A DNA stretch of 63,582 bases, the filler included, from Octopus bimaculoides (lineage: Eukaryota): the NCBI RefSeq assembly GCF_001194135.2. It is 6 parts of 6 records of this genome, joined end to end, with 100 filler letters (N's around TTAATTAATTAA, not from the genome) between each part and the next. Parts side by side here need not be neighbours in the genome. Positions count along the whole stretch, not along the records: positions 23,520 to 30,933 come from NC_068989.1; positions 31,034 to 46,204 come from NC_068998.1; 4 more parts are not named here. One strand, written 5' to 3'. Numbering within the stretch: the first letter of the stretch is position 1; every line of letters begins with the position of its first letter. The notes under the pieces are model-generated. The model had not been told where the DNA came from and ran no database searches. It saw nothing but the letters and a program-made list of their open reading frames with translations. This document shows positions 27,051 through 40,263 of this stretch, piece by piece. Made by a program: the position numbers and the translations under genes.

Positions 27051-27671
27051 TTGAAAGACTCGGGGATAATTACCTTGCTTGGCGCAAAGAAAGGTATCCG
27101 GCTGTAGAAAACTCCGCCGCAACGTAGTCTTGAGTGACCATCCAAGCATGGAATAGTTGATGTGAAAATGATGATGGTGATACTGATGAAAAAAACTGTG
27201 TATTATAATATGGCATTTTACGATGTAACAACATATTTCTAGTCTATTTTTATAACTATACCACTCAAAACTTCTTTTGGGAAGCTATGTAAACCCACAA
27301 GGCGGCTGCAAATGGAAATATCTTAAAAAGAGGTACATTCTGGAAGGGCTAACATGAGAAAATACGGATAATAAATTACGGCGCAAAATTAGCTTCTGTT
27401 TGGTTGAAATAACTCACTGTGTTTTTTGTTTGTTTTGATAAATCATAGGGTTAGGGTTAGGGTTAGGGTTAGGGTTAGACTAGAAATATGTTGTTACATC
27501 GTAAAATGCCATATTATAATACACAGTTTTTTTCATCAGTATCACCATCATCATTTTCACATCAACTATTCCATGCTTGGATGGTCACTCAAGACTACGT
27601 TGCGGCGGAGTTTTCTACAGCCGGATACCTTTCTTTGCGCCAAGCAAGGTAATTATCCCCGAGTCTTTCAA
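27051..27671. repeat. Perfect 196-bp inverted duplication (27051-27246 / 27476-27671) with 229-bp spacer
   Basis: Base-by-base reverse complement matches. Each arm holds a SINE 3' tail plus unique flanking sequence. Confidence 0.9.
27446..27478 (+). repeat. Interstitial telomeric repeat TAGGG(TTAGGG)4TTAG
   Basis: Directly visible; overlaps the start of the right inverted arm by TAG. Confidence 0.9.
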
Positions 27672-29706
27672 ATACCATTATGTGAAAGAGGGAGCTGAAA
27701 AGTTCCTGGCGTTAAGGAATCTAGTGTTCTTAGCTTAGTTTTTCCTCGGGGGCTGGCCAGATTGGAGCAATCTCGAGTATAACCAGCCGAAATTGCAAAG
27801 ATTATCTGGAACCCGACTGAGGAAANNNNNNNNNNNNNNNNNNNNNNNNNNNNNNNNNNNNNNNNNNNNNNNNNNNNNNNNNNNNNNNNNNNNNNNNNNN
27901 NNNNNNNNNNNNNNNNNNNNNNNNNNNNNNNNNNNNNNNNNNNNNNNNNNNNNNNNNNNNNNNNNNNNNNNNNNNNNNNNNNNNNNNNNNNNNNNNNNNN
28001 NNNNNNNNNNNNNNNNNNNNNNNNNNNNNNNNNNNNNNNNNNNNNNNNNNNNNNNNNNNNNNNNNNNNNNNNNNNNNNNNNNNNNNNNNNNNNNNNNNNN
28101 NNNNNNNNNNNNNNNNNNNNNNNNNNNNNNNNNNNNNNNNNNNNNNNNNNNNNNNNNNNNNNNNNNNNNNNNNNNNNNNNNNNNNNNNNNNNNNNNNNNN
28201 NNNNNNNNNNNNNNNNNNNTTGTTGAAACGTCTTTGAACATTTAAAAAACTCAGCAGCACAGCCAGGGCTATCTGGGGATAAACATCACCATAACAGCCA
28301 CTGCCACTATTCTTCTCCTTCACCTTCTGCAAGGAATTTAGTGTGACTCGTTACGAACCTCTGCTACCCACTGCCCAAGAAATAATTATAAGATATAGTT
28401 AGAAAGAGAAGTGACTCTCTCCAGTCACTGCTATCACCAGAAAATAAACTAAGAAGACGTAAACGACTTTCCGGAACCTTATAGAGGACATATTAGAATT
28501 TGAGGGGATTTCTGTTTCCGTTTCCGATATCTCTGACCGAGATTTGATCACCGCTAAGGAAGAGAACGGAATTTCCTGTCAATTTAGTTTTATGAAAGTT
28601 CGTAGAAAAATAATAATAGTGAGTTGATTTGACCAGAGGGTTAGATGACGTTTCGGACATTTGTACTTCGGCAACCAATACCCGTTTGTTTCCGGTTCTT
28701 AATTTTATGGCTTTAACTGGACGACAAAGAGGAGACCCATGTCTTTTTTTAACAAGGAAGGAGGTGGAGGAGGCAGCGAAATCCAACATATTGAGTAATC
28801 TTCAGGAAGTAAGATACCTGAACCAAATACTTTCAACAGTACGGATGTAAACTCGGCTAAAGGGTCAGGTAAGGATGGTAGTGGTGACTCTGCCAATTCG
28901 TCCTCGGTTTAAGGGGACGAATTGGCAGAGTCATTAGAGTATCGGATAAGATACCTTGCAGTATTTATATTGGTTTCTTGCATTTTAAGTTCAAATTTCG
29001 CCGAAGTTAACTTTTCTTTTCATCCTTTTGGGGGTCGACAAATAAAGTACTAGTCCAGGGCATTTAACTGGCAAAATTGTTTGAGCGTCGGATGACAGGC
29101 GCCTTGTGGTGTTTGTTTCTGTTCTTTGCACTCTGAATTCAAATAACTCTGTGGCATATTTGGATGCTAGACTTTGTCCGTCGCTCGGTTTAATACCACT
29201 ACCTGATTTTAGGATGTCTTTAGCAGGGTCGACATTATTGCAAGCATTCGGGCCAGGACTCTTATTTGAGTTTCTCTCTCCCTCATCTCACTTCTGACTA
29301 AGGGATAACAAAATTAAAACTATCATTCACGAAAAATTGTTCTTGGTAAAGTATTCGTCGAAGTTCACACAGTGGAATAAATTTTTCATGCCGTGAGCAA
29401 GAAAGGAAGACAGTCATTCTGGCGAATGAGTTGTGTATTATAATCTATTATAAACTATTAAATTCAACTACAATGCATGTCGCCAACCAGGCGGGGTAAG
29501 ACAGTATGTGTACGTAAAAGAAAGTTTATAAAAGTAATTAAAAAAGTAAATGAAATCAACAACATACTAAACTAGTATTTATTAAAACAGGGTATTCCGC
29601 TGCCTACAGTGAATGAGAGAAATGTGAAGCCTTCCAAAAGGGAAGTGACAAGATAACATAGAAATAAATTAGAGCTTGTAGGTTTTTAATCTTCACGAAA
29701 GAATGC

Positions 29707-29778
<72 letters not shown>

Positions 29779-30799
29779 AAATACAAATAATAAATGAGTA
29801 TATGCATATATACGTACATGTATATACATACTTACATCTACCTGTATATATAGATGCATATCTGGGTACAAGACGTTGCAAACAAAACGTAGACAAAATG
29901 ATAAACAAGTACAGAAAACACACAGGCCACATAGAGAATATTTCCTTCATCAGCTGCCACCATTCAACACTGGCGTTTCGAAGAGTTAGGGTGAAAGGAT
30001 GAACGGTAAAGTCGACAGCGGCAGTGTTTTTGAACTCAGCGTGAGTACCACATTACGTAACAATGATGATTCTAATTAATTGTTTTTGTCATAGAAAAAA
30101 GATTCGACATTTGGGAAGTGGGTAAAGTCGATTATTCGACCCCAGTATTTGACTGTTACTTTATTTTATCGACTTGTTGGAAAAATGAAAGGTAAAATTG
30201 CCTTCAGGGGTTTCTGACCATATTTTGTGACTTCTAGTTTAGGCATAAGGCTAGCAATTTCGCGTTGAGTCTGGAGTTAGTTGATATTATCAACTTAAGT
30301 TCTTGGCTCATACTTTGTTTTATCAACCTTAGAAAGAGGAAAGACAAATTTAACTTCGGCAGGATTTAAAATCAGAACGTAAACGACCGGAAGAAATGCT
30401 GCAAAGTAGATTGTCCGTCGCTCTAACGATTCCGTCAACTATGTGTCTCAAAATTATAACGACGACGAAGTTCTGTTTGAATACGAAATCTAGAAATAGT
30501 GCGAATGCTGGGGAGGTGAGACCGTGTAACAAAAGTTTAAGAGGGCGAAACCAACTAAAACAAGAGATAGTAATAAAACGATAAAATAATAATAATAATA
30601 ATTACAGTAACTACCTAAAATAGAATGGAACTTCTAGGATAGTTTCTTAAATAGACATGAATATGTCTTGGGGTAATGTTGTGTAATAGTTTTAAATGAG
30701 AAAAGTTTCGGAGATATTTTGGTATTTGAAACGGATTTATGGAGAAATATTAGACATAGTCATAACATTTGAGCAATAACACAAAGCAGACTAAAAGAC

Positions 30800-30812
30800 A
30801 TCTTTCTTTATT

Positions 30813-30848
<36 letters not shown>

Positions 30849-30856
30849 TTTTATTT

Positions 30857-30932
<76 letters not shown>

Positions 30933-30933
30933 T
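30800..30933. repeat. (CTTT)n microsatellite
   Basis: Directly visible. Confidence 0.95.
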
Positions 30934-31106
30934 NNNNNNNNNNNNNNNNNNNNNNNNNNNNNNNNNNNNNNNNNNNNTTAATTAATTAANNNNNNNNNNN
31001 NNNNNNNNNNNNNNNNNNNNNNNNNNNNNNNNNTATATATATATATATTTAGTGCAAGTTTTGAAGACTGCAGTTCGATTTTAATAGTTATTTTTTCAAA
31101 GCTTTA

Positions 31107-31595
31107 ATGGAAATGATGAAGGAGCATATTCGGCATATTTTGCTTTTTGAGTTCAATAAAGGGAACAACGCAACGGAAAGTGCGAGGAATATTAATGCAG
31201 TATATGGGGATCGGGCAATAAGCGTAAGCCAGTGTCAACGGTGGTCCGAGAAATTCCGAACCAGAAACTACAGCCTCGAAGACGTGTCTCGTCCTTGAAG
31301 ATCTGTAGAGCTCGACCGGAAGTCCTGCAAACCCTGTTGGAACAAGACCCCATCGTAACTGTTGAGGAACTAGCAGAGAAGGGCTTGGATTTGATCACTT
31401 AACGCGTTATCGGAAACGTCAGTAAAATGGGTCAATAAGTTCCTCACAAATTTTCCGAGTCTAATAGCACGAAAACAGTGAACGCATGCTCTTCTTTGCT
31501 GTCACGTCTCACGAATGAACCGTTTTTGGACCGAATAGTGACTGGTGACGAGAAATAGGGTCTATATAAAAATGTCAAGCACCGAAGACAGTGGA
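31107..31595 (+). mobile_element. Mariner transposase relic (N-terminal HTH through first catalytic Asp)
   Basis: KEHIRHILLFEFNKGNNATESARNINAVYG...QCQRWSEKFR...SLED and FLDRIVTGDEK. Frameshifts and deletions. Confidence 0.88.
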
Positions 31596-31893
31596 TAGTG
31601 AAATCTGTTAGGGGTAGCAGATAAATATACAAAACTCAAAAGCTAAAGTAGTGCGTGTGAAATATGTACAGTGATATGTATGTGATCATGAATTAAAATA
31701 TATACTGAGACCAAAGTTGGTTATGCGTTGATATTTAGGCATACTCTGTAGTTTCCGACAAATAAATTTTCTTTAAACGTTCGTGGACAGAAATTGTTTC
31801 TTCTTTGCTCTGGTAGATGGGGAATACTCAAAAGAATCTGTCTGTACTTTGGGAAACGGATTTGTTCCTTATGTAGTGTGGTTCTCCGTCTAA

Positions 31894-32261
31894 GTGAGTT
31901 TCTTCTCTGTCCTATATAATTATGTCCACATCATAGATTTTGCAATACCTTATGTTAAGAAAATGAATATCAAAGACACTAACAAAATAGAGAAATATCA
32001 GGACTTGTTTACAAAGATTAAGAGATTGTGGAAGACAAAGATGACCATTCTTCCTGTTATAATTGGTGCAATTGGAACAGTGCCCAGACTACTTACTTCA
32101 GTGGCCGAAGGATACAGAAACTGAGACATACATTGTTAAACTGCAGAAAAGTGCCATTATGTATTCTGCGACAATCTTAAATAAATTTCTTGAGATTTGT
32201 GGCGATTTGTTGTCACCAAACATTCCTTCTTATTAAATTAGCATGTTATGGCTTTTGCTTT

Positions 32262-32265
<4 letters not shown>
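31894..32265 (+). mobile_element. RLE LINE 3' fragment ending in (AAT)n
   Basis: IIDFAIP...KIEKYQDL..IKRLWK...ILPVIIGAIGTV; the 3' UTR runs into (AAT)~22. Confidence 0.85.
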
Positions 32266-32333
<68 letters not shown>

Positions 32334-32339
32334 TTAATT

Positions 32340-32730
32340 GAAAAAGAAAACAAACTATGCTGGATCATAGACATAGCATGTCCCAGCNNNNNNNNNNTGT
32401 CCCAGCTGCAACAAGGTATGCGATAAGGAAGAAATAAAAGTCGATAGATATGACAGGTTAGCTTGGGAGGTTAAGCAGTTGCGGTCGATGAAAAAGGTGG
32501 TAGTAGTACCAATAACTGTTGGAGCCCTGGAAACTGAGTAAAAAATCTTGAGAAGTACATGGAACAAATAGGGGCAGCAATAAATGTGGAGCACTTGCAG
32601 AAAACAGCACTGCTTGGAACCGCTCGAATACTCCGGATGGTGCTAGAAAAATAAGGTGTTACCTTAGTTCACTGGTAGTGAACAACTGGCACTGTAGTAC
32701 ATCTTCAGCGTTAGAAACTGTGCAAAGACA
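32340..32730 (+). mobile_element. Second RLE LINE 3' fragment directly downstream of the (AAT)n array
   Basis: CWIIDIACP...KVDRYDRLAWEVKQL...VVVPITVGALE...LQKTALLGTARILRMVLEK*; ends in AATAATAAT/(GAT)n. Confidence 0.85.
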
Positions 32731-33586
32731 AATAATAATGATGATGGTGATGATGATGATGAGGATGATGATGATAAGAGTAACGACGATGACGATGATG
32801 ATTTCGTATAAATACATACCGTAAGTTTGCAACTTAAAATAATTAGTACCAATGTGTACAAACCTCATTAGGCACTCATTAGTGTTAGCGCATTTCTTTG
32901 TGCCATAGCATGACATGTACCACTCCTCTTTAATGAGTAGATTCGCTGTACACAACGGCTTAATATGAGGGAGCGTGGAGCAACACCATTGAAAGGTCTC
33001 CCCCTAAATGGTCCTCAAATATGATTTGCTGGATAGAAATGACTGGCGATTTCATTAGATTATCAAAGACCGTATTTCTTTGATAATGGAATGCCTGTAG
33101 CAATGCAACTACTAAATCTGGTTTTAGAAACGCGTGAAAATCCGTTAAATATTGACGATAATAAAATATTTGGTGTGACATATTTAATCTAATGAAAAAT
33201 ATAAATTTCAGGTGAATTCCTGAGGGTATTCACGATAATCCAAAAAAGAATTTAACATCGTTATCATCATTGAAACATGTGGATGTTTCATCCGGCAAGA
33301 TAAAAAAATACTTTATACCATGGATATTAATGCTTTATTGTGACTTTCTACCAATAATATAATCGACATATATTCCTCAAACATTCTAGTGAGAACGCAA
33401 GCACGTCTATAAAACCTAAAAAATATTGTACGTGGGCGATTATGAAGTGAAAGTCAAGTATTGAGCACTCAGTACACTGTACATTACGTTGAAGGACCAC
33501 AAGCAAGTTTTAACAGAAACTTTAACTATAAGTTGCTCACCAATAAAGCGTACTTTATCTCCAATCTTTCTCATATTCATTCAATA

Positions 33587-33625
33587 CAGTAGTGCCTCGG
33601 TTTACAAACGCCTCTGATCAAGAAT
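33587..33625 (+). mobile_element. Possible solo Tigger-type TIR
   Basis: TA followed by CAGTAGTGCCTCGGTTTAC; no partner end found. Confidence 0.3.
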
Positions 33626-33633
33626 AAATCGTG

Positions 33634-33678
<45 letters not shown>

Positions 33679-34205
33679 AGTTTCAAACTGTTTAGAAAAA
33701 AATTAATTAAAAAAATATGTGAGCCAAACTGAATAGATACTATATATATAATACCCAACGTGTGTTTGTGTATATACTTTTGTGAGTAACATTTAAGCAT
33801 TTGAAACTGTTGAATATGTTCTACTTTACATGATTTACGTTCTAAATCATTCGACACGAGCTCTTATACATTTGACATCTGTTTGAGTCGTTATGTTTAT
33901 ATATTGTATTCAAAAGTTAATTCTGTTTCCCTTTTTGCTTCATAACGTTTCATTAACGGTTTTACGTTCTTGATAATCAAACTAATTCTCTCCTTTTTCT
34001 CGTTGGTAAATCTAATCAATATATGTGTATATAATACGCAGTGCTGTGTCGTCAATATATATATATATATATATATTTGTATTTACATTTATTCCATTAT
34101 TAATTATTTTACTTCATATGTTTCCCTATATTCCATTATTTTTATATTTAACTTGCTGGGAGGTATCATATATTCAACTTTAGACAATTTCCGTATTACA
34201 CTACA

Positions 34206-34249
<44 letters not shown>

Positions 34250-34365
34250 NNNNNNNNNNNNNNNNNNNNNNNNNNNNNNNNNNNNNNNNNNNNNNNNNNN
34301 NNNNNNNNNNNNNNNNNNNNNNNNNNNNNNNNNNNNNNNNNNNNNNNNNNNNNNNNNNNNNNNNN

Positions 34366-34403
<38 letters not shown>

Positions 34404-35725
34404 TTAAGCAGAACAAAAGCAAAAATAATTTGAAATTATTACAGATTGGAAATTCAGAAGTCAAGATGTACTGGTATCTCCACGTGTCATTACAAGCAAC
34501 ATTGTTCATAAGGAATTTTTACAGTGAATGTCAATTATAATGCTTATTATGTACATTCTGGAGCTTTTGCACGAAATGTGACGAATATGTTGTACACGTG
34601 CAACTTTTACGAAATTAAACCTTTGAAAATCTTAAGACAATATATATTACCTATCTGTAAGATCACATGCCCGTATGTAAATATGAATATATTTTGATAA
34701 TTTACATGTGCAAGATTTGTGAAATTTGGTAGACCATTTATTAAAGAAAATAACATAATGGCGAATAACAAGTGACTCATTGAATAGAACTTTCGTTTTG
34801 TACACACTAAAAGCAATCAAGCCTGTATAAATATACGAGGATTAATAAATATAATTTTCTTATTTCTCTTGTAATTTTGGTATTTTTCTTTACATATACT
34901 CCCAATAGCAACTTTCAACATGCACGTTTTCCAGCAATAACTCCAATTAGAAAAATCGAATATTGATACATACAAACCAAAATGTTCTAATTATCGCTAA
35001 GTCAAGTAAAACACCTGTTATCATTATTGTCGGTTCTGGTTCTCCAGGGACTTAATAAAATTACTCCAGATACAATGTTTATATACATGTTTACGTACAA
35101 TAGCAAAAATCAAGCTTAATATTATTAGTTTCTCCGCTACTACAGATAACTTTAACCTTCATAATCCCAATGTGAAGTTGTGAATTATACATAAAGGTTA
35201 GACGCACACATGCAGCGTCTGGTGAAACTTGGTTTCCACTATTATTAGGTAGATATCTGTTTTGTCTCCAGATTAGACCAGATTTGTAAGTGCGTCCCAG
35301 TACAACAATAAAGCACTGAACTTTGCCGAGAAGATAAAATACTTGCTGAAGTTTAATGATCCTTTCTACTATAAACACAAGACCTGAAATTTGTGGGGAG
35401 GGGTATAGTTGATCACATCGACGCCACTAATTGACTGTTACTTAATTTATTGACCCCAGTAAACAGTAAACGGTAAACGTAAGTTTATATTATTAGTTCT
35501 ACATATGTTTCGCCATTACAGTTGCTTGGGACACTGCCTTGGCTACCGAATACCTTTAATGTCCCTCGTACCTTAATGCAATAAGGTGTTCCCTGGCGAT
35601 TCATTCTATTTGAAAATCCAAATGCTCTTGGAACATTCAGTGCCAGGTACCAACAACCATGATGGTGAATCGTACGTAGAGACAAACGATATAAACTTAT
35701 GTTTATAGTAATTTCTTATATATAT

Positions 35726-36505
35726 ATCAAAATAAGCAACAGGATATCAAGTAATGATACAGTACGACCGTTTCCGACGGCTTCATTTAATTGAACAATG
35801 CAACCATTACATAAATTTAAATGCAGTACCATCTTCAGCCGCACAAATACATAAATAGAATTTTAACCAGTCGGATACATTAATATAATTTTTCTCATCT
35901 ACTTTAACAGAGCAAGAACATGGAAAAAATCCATGTTGTCTCTATTGTAGCTAAGAATAGACAACACTTCCAAGAATCACATGAAACCCATTAGGGTCAT
36001 AGCTTGTAAAGGATTGTAATTAATTTTCTAAATCCTTTATCTCTTTATCAACTACTAGATTTCCTCCCCGAGGAAAAGGGACACATATGATAATATTCAT
36101 GACCATGCCTATCCATGAGCTGTCAACTCACTCTTGCCCTTTATGCAAAACACACAGTCTGCTAGTCTTAGATTTAGTAGTTGATAAAGAGATAAATGAT
36201 TTAGAAATGAGTAACAATCCTTTACAAGCTATGACTCCAATACGCTTCATACGATTCTTGGAAGTGTAGTCTATTCCTAGCTACAATAGTGACAACATGA
36301 ATTTCTTCCATCTTCTTGCCCTGTTAAAGTAGTTGAGAAAAATTATAATAATGTGTCCGACTGGTTAAAATTCTATGTATTTATTTGAGCAGGGGAAGAT
36401 AGCACTGCATTTAAATTGATATAATGGTTGCATTGTTCAATTAAATGGTGCCGCTTGAAACGGTCGTACTGCATCACGATTTAATATCTATTTGCTTATT
36501 TCGAT
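35726..36505. mobile_element. Foldback/MITE-like element with ~335-bp imperfect inverted arms and ~110-bp spacer
   Basis: 35726-36061 aligns to the reverse complement of 36170-36505, e.g. CAGTACGACCGTTTC, CATTTAATTGAACAATGCAACCATTA, CACTTCCAAGAATC, TTTATCTCTTTATCAACTACTA. Confidence 0.8.
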
Positions 36506-36758
36506 TTTATTCACCTTACTTCGACCTGTGCGGATAATACCGGATTGACATGGTGCTTCAACTTAAGTACCTAATGGATCACAATTATTTTTTATCTTGC
36601 TCGACTAAAGGCAGTGTTCCAACATGGCCGCAGTCAATTAACTGAAACAAGTAAAAGAATAAAAGAATATAGGTGTGTGTGTATGTGTGTGTGTATGTGT
36701 GTGTGTGTACATAGGAGCAGGAGTGGCTGTGTGGTACGAGTCTTGCTTCCCAATCACG

Positions 36759-36798
<40 letters not shown>

Positions 36799-36847
36799 GT
36801 CTACATCTGTTTATCTATCAGGCTCTCTCTCTCTCTCTCTCTCTTGA

Positions 36848-36920
<73 letters not shown>

Positions 36921-37959
36921 CCATGCACAATAGGCCTCTGCTCAGTTTGTTTCTGCATTTGCCCGAGGAGCTCTACAAGGAGTGCGAACCCGACATCGCG
37001 TGGTTGCAGAACGAGGCTTTTCACCACACAGCCATGCCAGCATAAGTTGAGACCGAGGACGAGAAACTTCTGATACAAGCCGTATCAAATGAAAGAGATC
37101 CAACACAAAAGAAAGAGATCCAACACAAAAGAAAGGAAACAATAGATTGAAATGGACTATGGACTAAAATGAATTTATAATAGAGACCATCAAAAGACCG
37201 TATAAAGATATGTGTTTCTATTTAAAACCTAAATTAACCAAATGATAGCAAAATTAGAAATAATTCAAACAAAATACACAAATGTATTATTGTGTATAAC
37301 TAAATATGTATGTTAATTGTGTAAATTTAATTGTTGGAAAACAAATATATTAACAGATGAAATCCTTTTCCATTTGAAATTGTATACACTTCCATTTGAT
37401 ATAATTAAATGTTTTTAATTGAAAATGCGAATAATTGCTAAACATTTTATCACAGAAAAGATATTTTATATTGTTCTAAGATTCGAAGATTTTTAAAATT
37501 AAAATTTTTGAAAAATAGTATTTTTCCCGGTGGAAATAAGTAATCGAACTGTTTTAATGTTGAAATAATTATCTTTTGTTTGTTTCAACTTTAAGCTGCT
37601 TCCATTTTCAATAGTTTGGAAAAATGGTTAAATCATTTATTTATTTAAATTTACAAACGTTTTTTTCTAAATGTAATATAATCGTAGTATAATAGTGTAA
37701 AAATATGTATTTTAAACATTCAAGTAATAAAGCAATCTTTCCAAATACAACATTCCACATAGAATTTCTGGTTCTGTAAAGTCGTTTTGGGGTATACAAA
37801 AACTCCACTTGCATACTGGAAGAAACGGTTCACCGAGGACGCCAAAAACCCTCCCACGCTTTACAGGCGAAGTGCTCCAAGAGCAAACGTAAAATGTATA
37901 CAGGCCAAAATTTTGAAGTAATTAAATAAACGGTAAAACATTTACTTCATGAATACATT

Positions 37960-38310
37960 ATTGGTTTCAAATTTTCGCATAAGGCCAGGAACTTTATGGA
38001 ATTGTGTAGTACTCAACTCGAACTTATTTTTGACGTCGGCGGAATTTGAACTCAGAAGGTAATGCAGACAGACGAAATGCGCTAAGTATTTTCCCCGGCG
38101 TATTTTCTATTTTAGGCACAAGGCCCGAAATTTCGGGGGAGGGGCTAAGTCGATTAGATCGACCCCAGTACGGCAACTGGTACTTAATTTATCGACCCCG
38201 AAAAGATGAAAGGCAAACTCGACCTCGGTGGAATTTGAACTCAGAACGTAAAGACAGACGAAACACCGCTAAGCATATCGCCCGGCGTGCTAACGTTTCT
38301 GCCAGCTGGC
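37960..38310 (-). mobile_element. Head-to-tail SINE family A pair
   Basis: Two consecutive GAATTTGAACTCAGAA...GCTAAG(C/T)AT blocks with different tails. Confidence 0.8.
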
Positions 38311-38819
38311 CGCGTTTGATGAATACATGATTACTATCTGTCTGACTTCTCCAGTTTTACAATAACGATCATATAAAACATGGGACGTTTATCTACTGCA
38401 CCATGTATTACAGCAATTCGTTTTACTTCCTATATGGCTTAACGACGCTATTCAAAAGTTTACTAAAGTTACAGGAGAAAATATAATTTTGGTGAATAAA
38501 ATACGGTCAGCTGAAATTGAACCGTGTTCTTAAACAAAAGTAAGTTGAATCTGTTAACGACCAGGCCATGCACCGCCACAAAATATATAAAAGATGTTCA
38601 GAATACCTAGATTTCTTCAAAGTACTTAAATTTTCCCTAGTAAGCACTAACTAGATTCGGTGATCGGAAGGGATCTGATGGTTTATAATGTGATAAGGCT
38701 GTGAACACAATTTTTGGTACAGAAACGTAATTGCTAGTTAATATACGAAATACTTGAGAAGAATGCTATATATATGTATATGCTAGGGAACGGTAGGAAC
38801 TATGAAATCGATTCTAATA

Positions 38820-39120
38820 TTTGACCGGTACTTTATTTCATAGAGACCAGAAATAATCCTTTCTGGTAAAGGCACAAGGCCTGAAATTTTGTTGGAGGGG
38901 ACTAATCGATAACATCGACTCCAGTGCGTAACTGGTACTTAATTTATCGACCCCCGAAAAGATGAAAGGCTAAGTCGACTTCAGCGGGATTTGAACTCAG
39001 AACGTAAAGACGGACTAAAATGTCGCTAAACATTTTGCCCGATGTGCTAACGATTCCGCCAGCTTACCGTCTTGGAACCTAGAAATAATGACAAGCAAAG
39101 TTATACTCGGCGGGATTTGA
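38820..39120 (-). mobile_element. SINE family A copy or copies
   Basis: GGCACAAGGCCTGAAATTTT...GATGAAAGGCTAAGTCGAC...TTTGAACTCAGAACG. Confidence 0.8.
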
Positions 39121-39479
39121 ACTCTTGCATAAAGAGAGTATGTTAATTACCTAAGTCATTATCGTCAGCACTATATAATTCTGCATAATGAGAAACGGCT
39201 GGATCGTTTAGGTTCCATGCCTTTCTACCCTCCCCGGTGATGGATAACGGGCCATTTTTGCTGCCGATGAATCAGTGGACCAATACAATGGATTTTTCAG
39301 ACATACTATTGAAATAACTCTTGTTATACCCTCGATTATGTTAATTACCTAAGTTATTATCGTCAACGCTATATAATTCTGTTAATCAATAGAGCATTAA
39401 TTATTTATTGAATACTTAACAGAAAGAATTAATTAGAATATAGCAACCACTAATCACTTATATCTTGTATTCTTTTTGT

Positions 39480-40263
39480 CATGTATTTCGTATTCTCTTC
39501 ATTTAGTTCGCTACAAACTGTTGATATTTCCACCATACAGTATTGACTATAATTACCAAAACAGCCGAAATCTCCGAACTAGTTGTTTCAACAGCATTGT
39601 GTTTGGACTTGTATCGTTCCTTGACCTTCTCAATTCTTTGGTTTCTATGATCAGGAATTTCGTTTATCAAAGCTTGAGGCATAAACAGGCTAAAGATTTC
39701 CAAATTAGTTTTTGTATTCTTTGTAACACCAATCAGACTCGGTTTCTTCCTAATACTATGTTCTTGAATCCACGCCGCGCATTGACACGAATAGATGTTT
39801 GCGTCCATTCAACTAGCGACTTTACACGCAGGACGTCTTCTCCAGCATCACTTTCACTATTCTCATCAGAACTTGATAACTCTTGCTTTGACTCGGAGTC
39901 AAGGTCATCTTCCTCAATCAATTCTTCTTCTGATTCAGAATCACTGAACTCATTCCCAAAAATCAGAAAGGTCTGAATCGCTTTCCAGCAATTCTAGCAC
40001 ACGTTTTGATGCCATTTTTGAACCTGAGAAGGTAATAGGTAAAAGTAAAATAATCTAACATTCAGAGTCTAAATGGGTCAAAATGACAGATATATAAATC
40101 CTAGCTCATTGGAGAACAACTGCCAGAAAAAAACATTTCCAATTTACCACATGAGAGGCAGCTAGAGGAAAAGATAGGCAATTTCAACAAACAGCGGAAA
40201 AATTATGGCAAAAAATGTACCTTCATGGGAAAAAATGGCCCATTTCAACTCGGTAAAGGCTAA
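39480..40263 (-). mobile_element. piggyBac transposon 5' fragment (acidic N-terminus and start of transposase)
   Basis: ATG at 40015; D/E/S-rich N-terminus; LEIFSLFMPQALINEI..HRN..I...TTSSEISAVL. Left end reads TTAGCCTTTACCG (decayed TTAA-CCC), with a subterminal GGGTCAAAATGAC. Confidence 0.7.

Noticed and set aside
33120-33140. GAAACGCGTG, a hammerhead-like stem III
   Set aside because: No upstream CUGANGA or stems.
37090-37135. 20-bp tandem duplication AAAGAGATCCAACACAAAAG
   Set aside because: Two copies only; ordinary slippage.
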